The translations under genes were made by a program, and so were the position numbers. 64,000 bases of DNA. Source: Nitrospiraceae bacterium. GTDB lineage: Bacteria > Nitrospirota > Nitrospiria > Nitrospirales > Nitrospiraceae. Where the stretch lies: contig JBFWWG010000001.1 of NCBI GenBank assembly GCA_050246315.1, positions 608,001-672,000 on the forward strand, read 5' to 3'. The notes under the pieces are model-generated. The model saw only the letters and a list, made by a program, of their open reading frames with translations, did not search any database and had not been told where the DNA came from. How positions within the stretch are numbered: the first letter of the stretch is position 1; each line of letters starts with the position of its first letter. This document shows positions 63,154 through 64,000 of this stretch, piece after piece.

Positions 63154-64000
63154 GTGACGAATACGCGTCGCGCCACCAGGTGGTGGCGTCGTCTTTCCGC
63201 CTTGACGTGGAAGGAGGTGCTGCAACTGGGACGCGATCGACCGCTGTTGTTGTTTCTGCTGTACTCCTTTTCGCTCTCGGTGTACATCAGCGGCGCCGGG
63301 ATTACGATGCAACTTCAGAACGCCGGCCTGCTGGTGCATGATGCGGATCACAGCCAGTCTTCTCGCGAGCTGATCCACCGGTTTCAGCCCCCCTATTTCC
63401 GTTTCAATGGAGAGATCGCCGATCCTCGCCGGGGGATCCGACAACTCGACGAGGGCCGCGCGATGCTGATGTTGGAGATTCCTCCTCGATTTCACGAGGC
63501 GCTGGTCGGCGGAGAACAGACGGCGGTGCAGCTTCTGGTCGACACGACGAATGCGCCTCAGGGCCTCTCGGCGGCCGGTTATGCCGTGCGGATCGCCGGT
63601 GGGCTCGGTTCGGAAATCGGCTTAGCATCGCTCGGTCTTTCCGCGGCGAAGGCCAACCTGCCCATGGTCACCAGCGCCCATCGCGTGTGGTTCAATCCTA
63701 ACCAGGACGAGACCTGGTTTCAGTCCATTTCCCATCTGTTGCGCATGATCACCGTGTTCGCGGTGTTGTTGCCGGCCGCCGCCCTGGTTCGCGAAAAGGA
63801 GCGCGGCACCGTCGAGCAGTTGCTGGTCTCGCCGTTGTCTCCTTTCCACATCATGTTCTCGAAGGTGCTTGCGATGTCCGGCGTCATTTTGACTGCGACG
63901 AGCCTTGCTCTGTACGGGGTGTTGCGTCCCGTCTTCCATGTGCCGATGAAAGGGCCAGCCTGGCTGTTTTTCCTGTTGAGCGCGTTGCATATTTTTACCA
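63154..64000 (+). CDS. ABC-2 permease (YbhR-like), runs off the window end
   Basis: GTG with SD GGAGG; LTWKEVLQLGRD, WFNPN, LVREKERGTVEQLLVSP. Confidence 0.88.
   Translation, partial: MTNTRRATRWWRRLSALTWKEVLQLGRDRPLLLFLLYSFSLSVYISGAGITMQLQNAGLLVHDADHSQSSRELIHRFQPPYFRFNGEIADPRRGIRQLDEGRAMLMLEIPPRFHEALVGGEQTAVQLLVDTTNAPQGLSAAGYAVRIAGGLGSEIGLASLGLSAAKANLPMVTSAHRVWFNPNQDETWFQSISHLLRMITVFAVLLPAAALVREKERGTVEQLLVSPLSPFHIMFSKVLAMSGVILTATSLALYGVLRPVFHVPMKGPAWLFFLLSALHIFT

Overview
GC-rich bacterial chromosomal window. Gene content and intergenic repeats suggest Nitrospira/Nitrospirota, which is an inference. Layout: (1) 1-3.3 kb: a Fic gene and two PIN-type toxin-antitoxin pairs, the TA pairs lying between a complete cobalamin riboswitch and a 90-bp orphan copy of its 5' half. 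(2) 3.3-19.4 kb: a corrinoid uptake, salvage and remodelling operon (btuFCD, two btuB, cbiA, cobO, a small Cys-rich CWC protein, cobU, cobT, cobS, cbiB, cobD, cbiZ) with three class-I cobalamin riboswitches, two of them ~98% identical and carrying a heptamer-repeat hairpin. (3) 19.7-27.1 kb: a GH140-like hydrolase, an OMP, a PRTase, a USP, two TraT-like lipoproteins and a dienelactone-hydrolase-like gene. (4) 27.4-35 kb: a surface glycosylation module. (5) 35.3-41 kb: a sigma54 regulatory block. (6) 41-43.9 kb: TlpA and DsrE genes, plus a WD40 gene remnant cut at the end of a dead RAYT element. (7) 44-55.6 kb: a sigma54-driven cluster led by a ~1650-aa multicopper oxidase, followed by a hidden type-1 cupredoxin, an FGE-fold protein, two 2OG-Fe(II) oxygenases, an OMP, a Cys-rich protein and a CopD-like protein. 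(8) An AhbD-like radical SAM pseudogene, a hemerythrin-fold protein, a USP, a CDGSH protein and a HlyD/ABC-2 exporter running off the window end. At least three families of small intergenic repeats are visible. The best candidates for an undescribed system are the giant-MCO copper cluster and the riboswitch-bounded TA islet.
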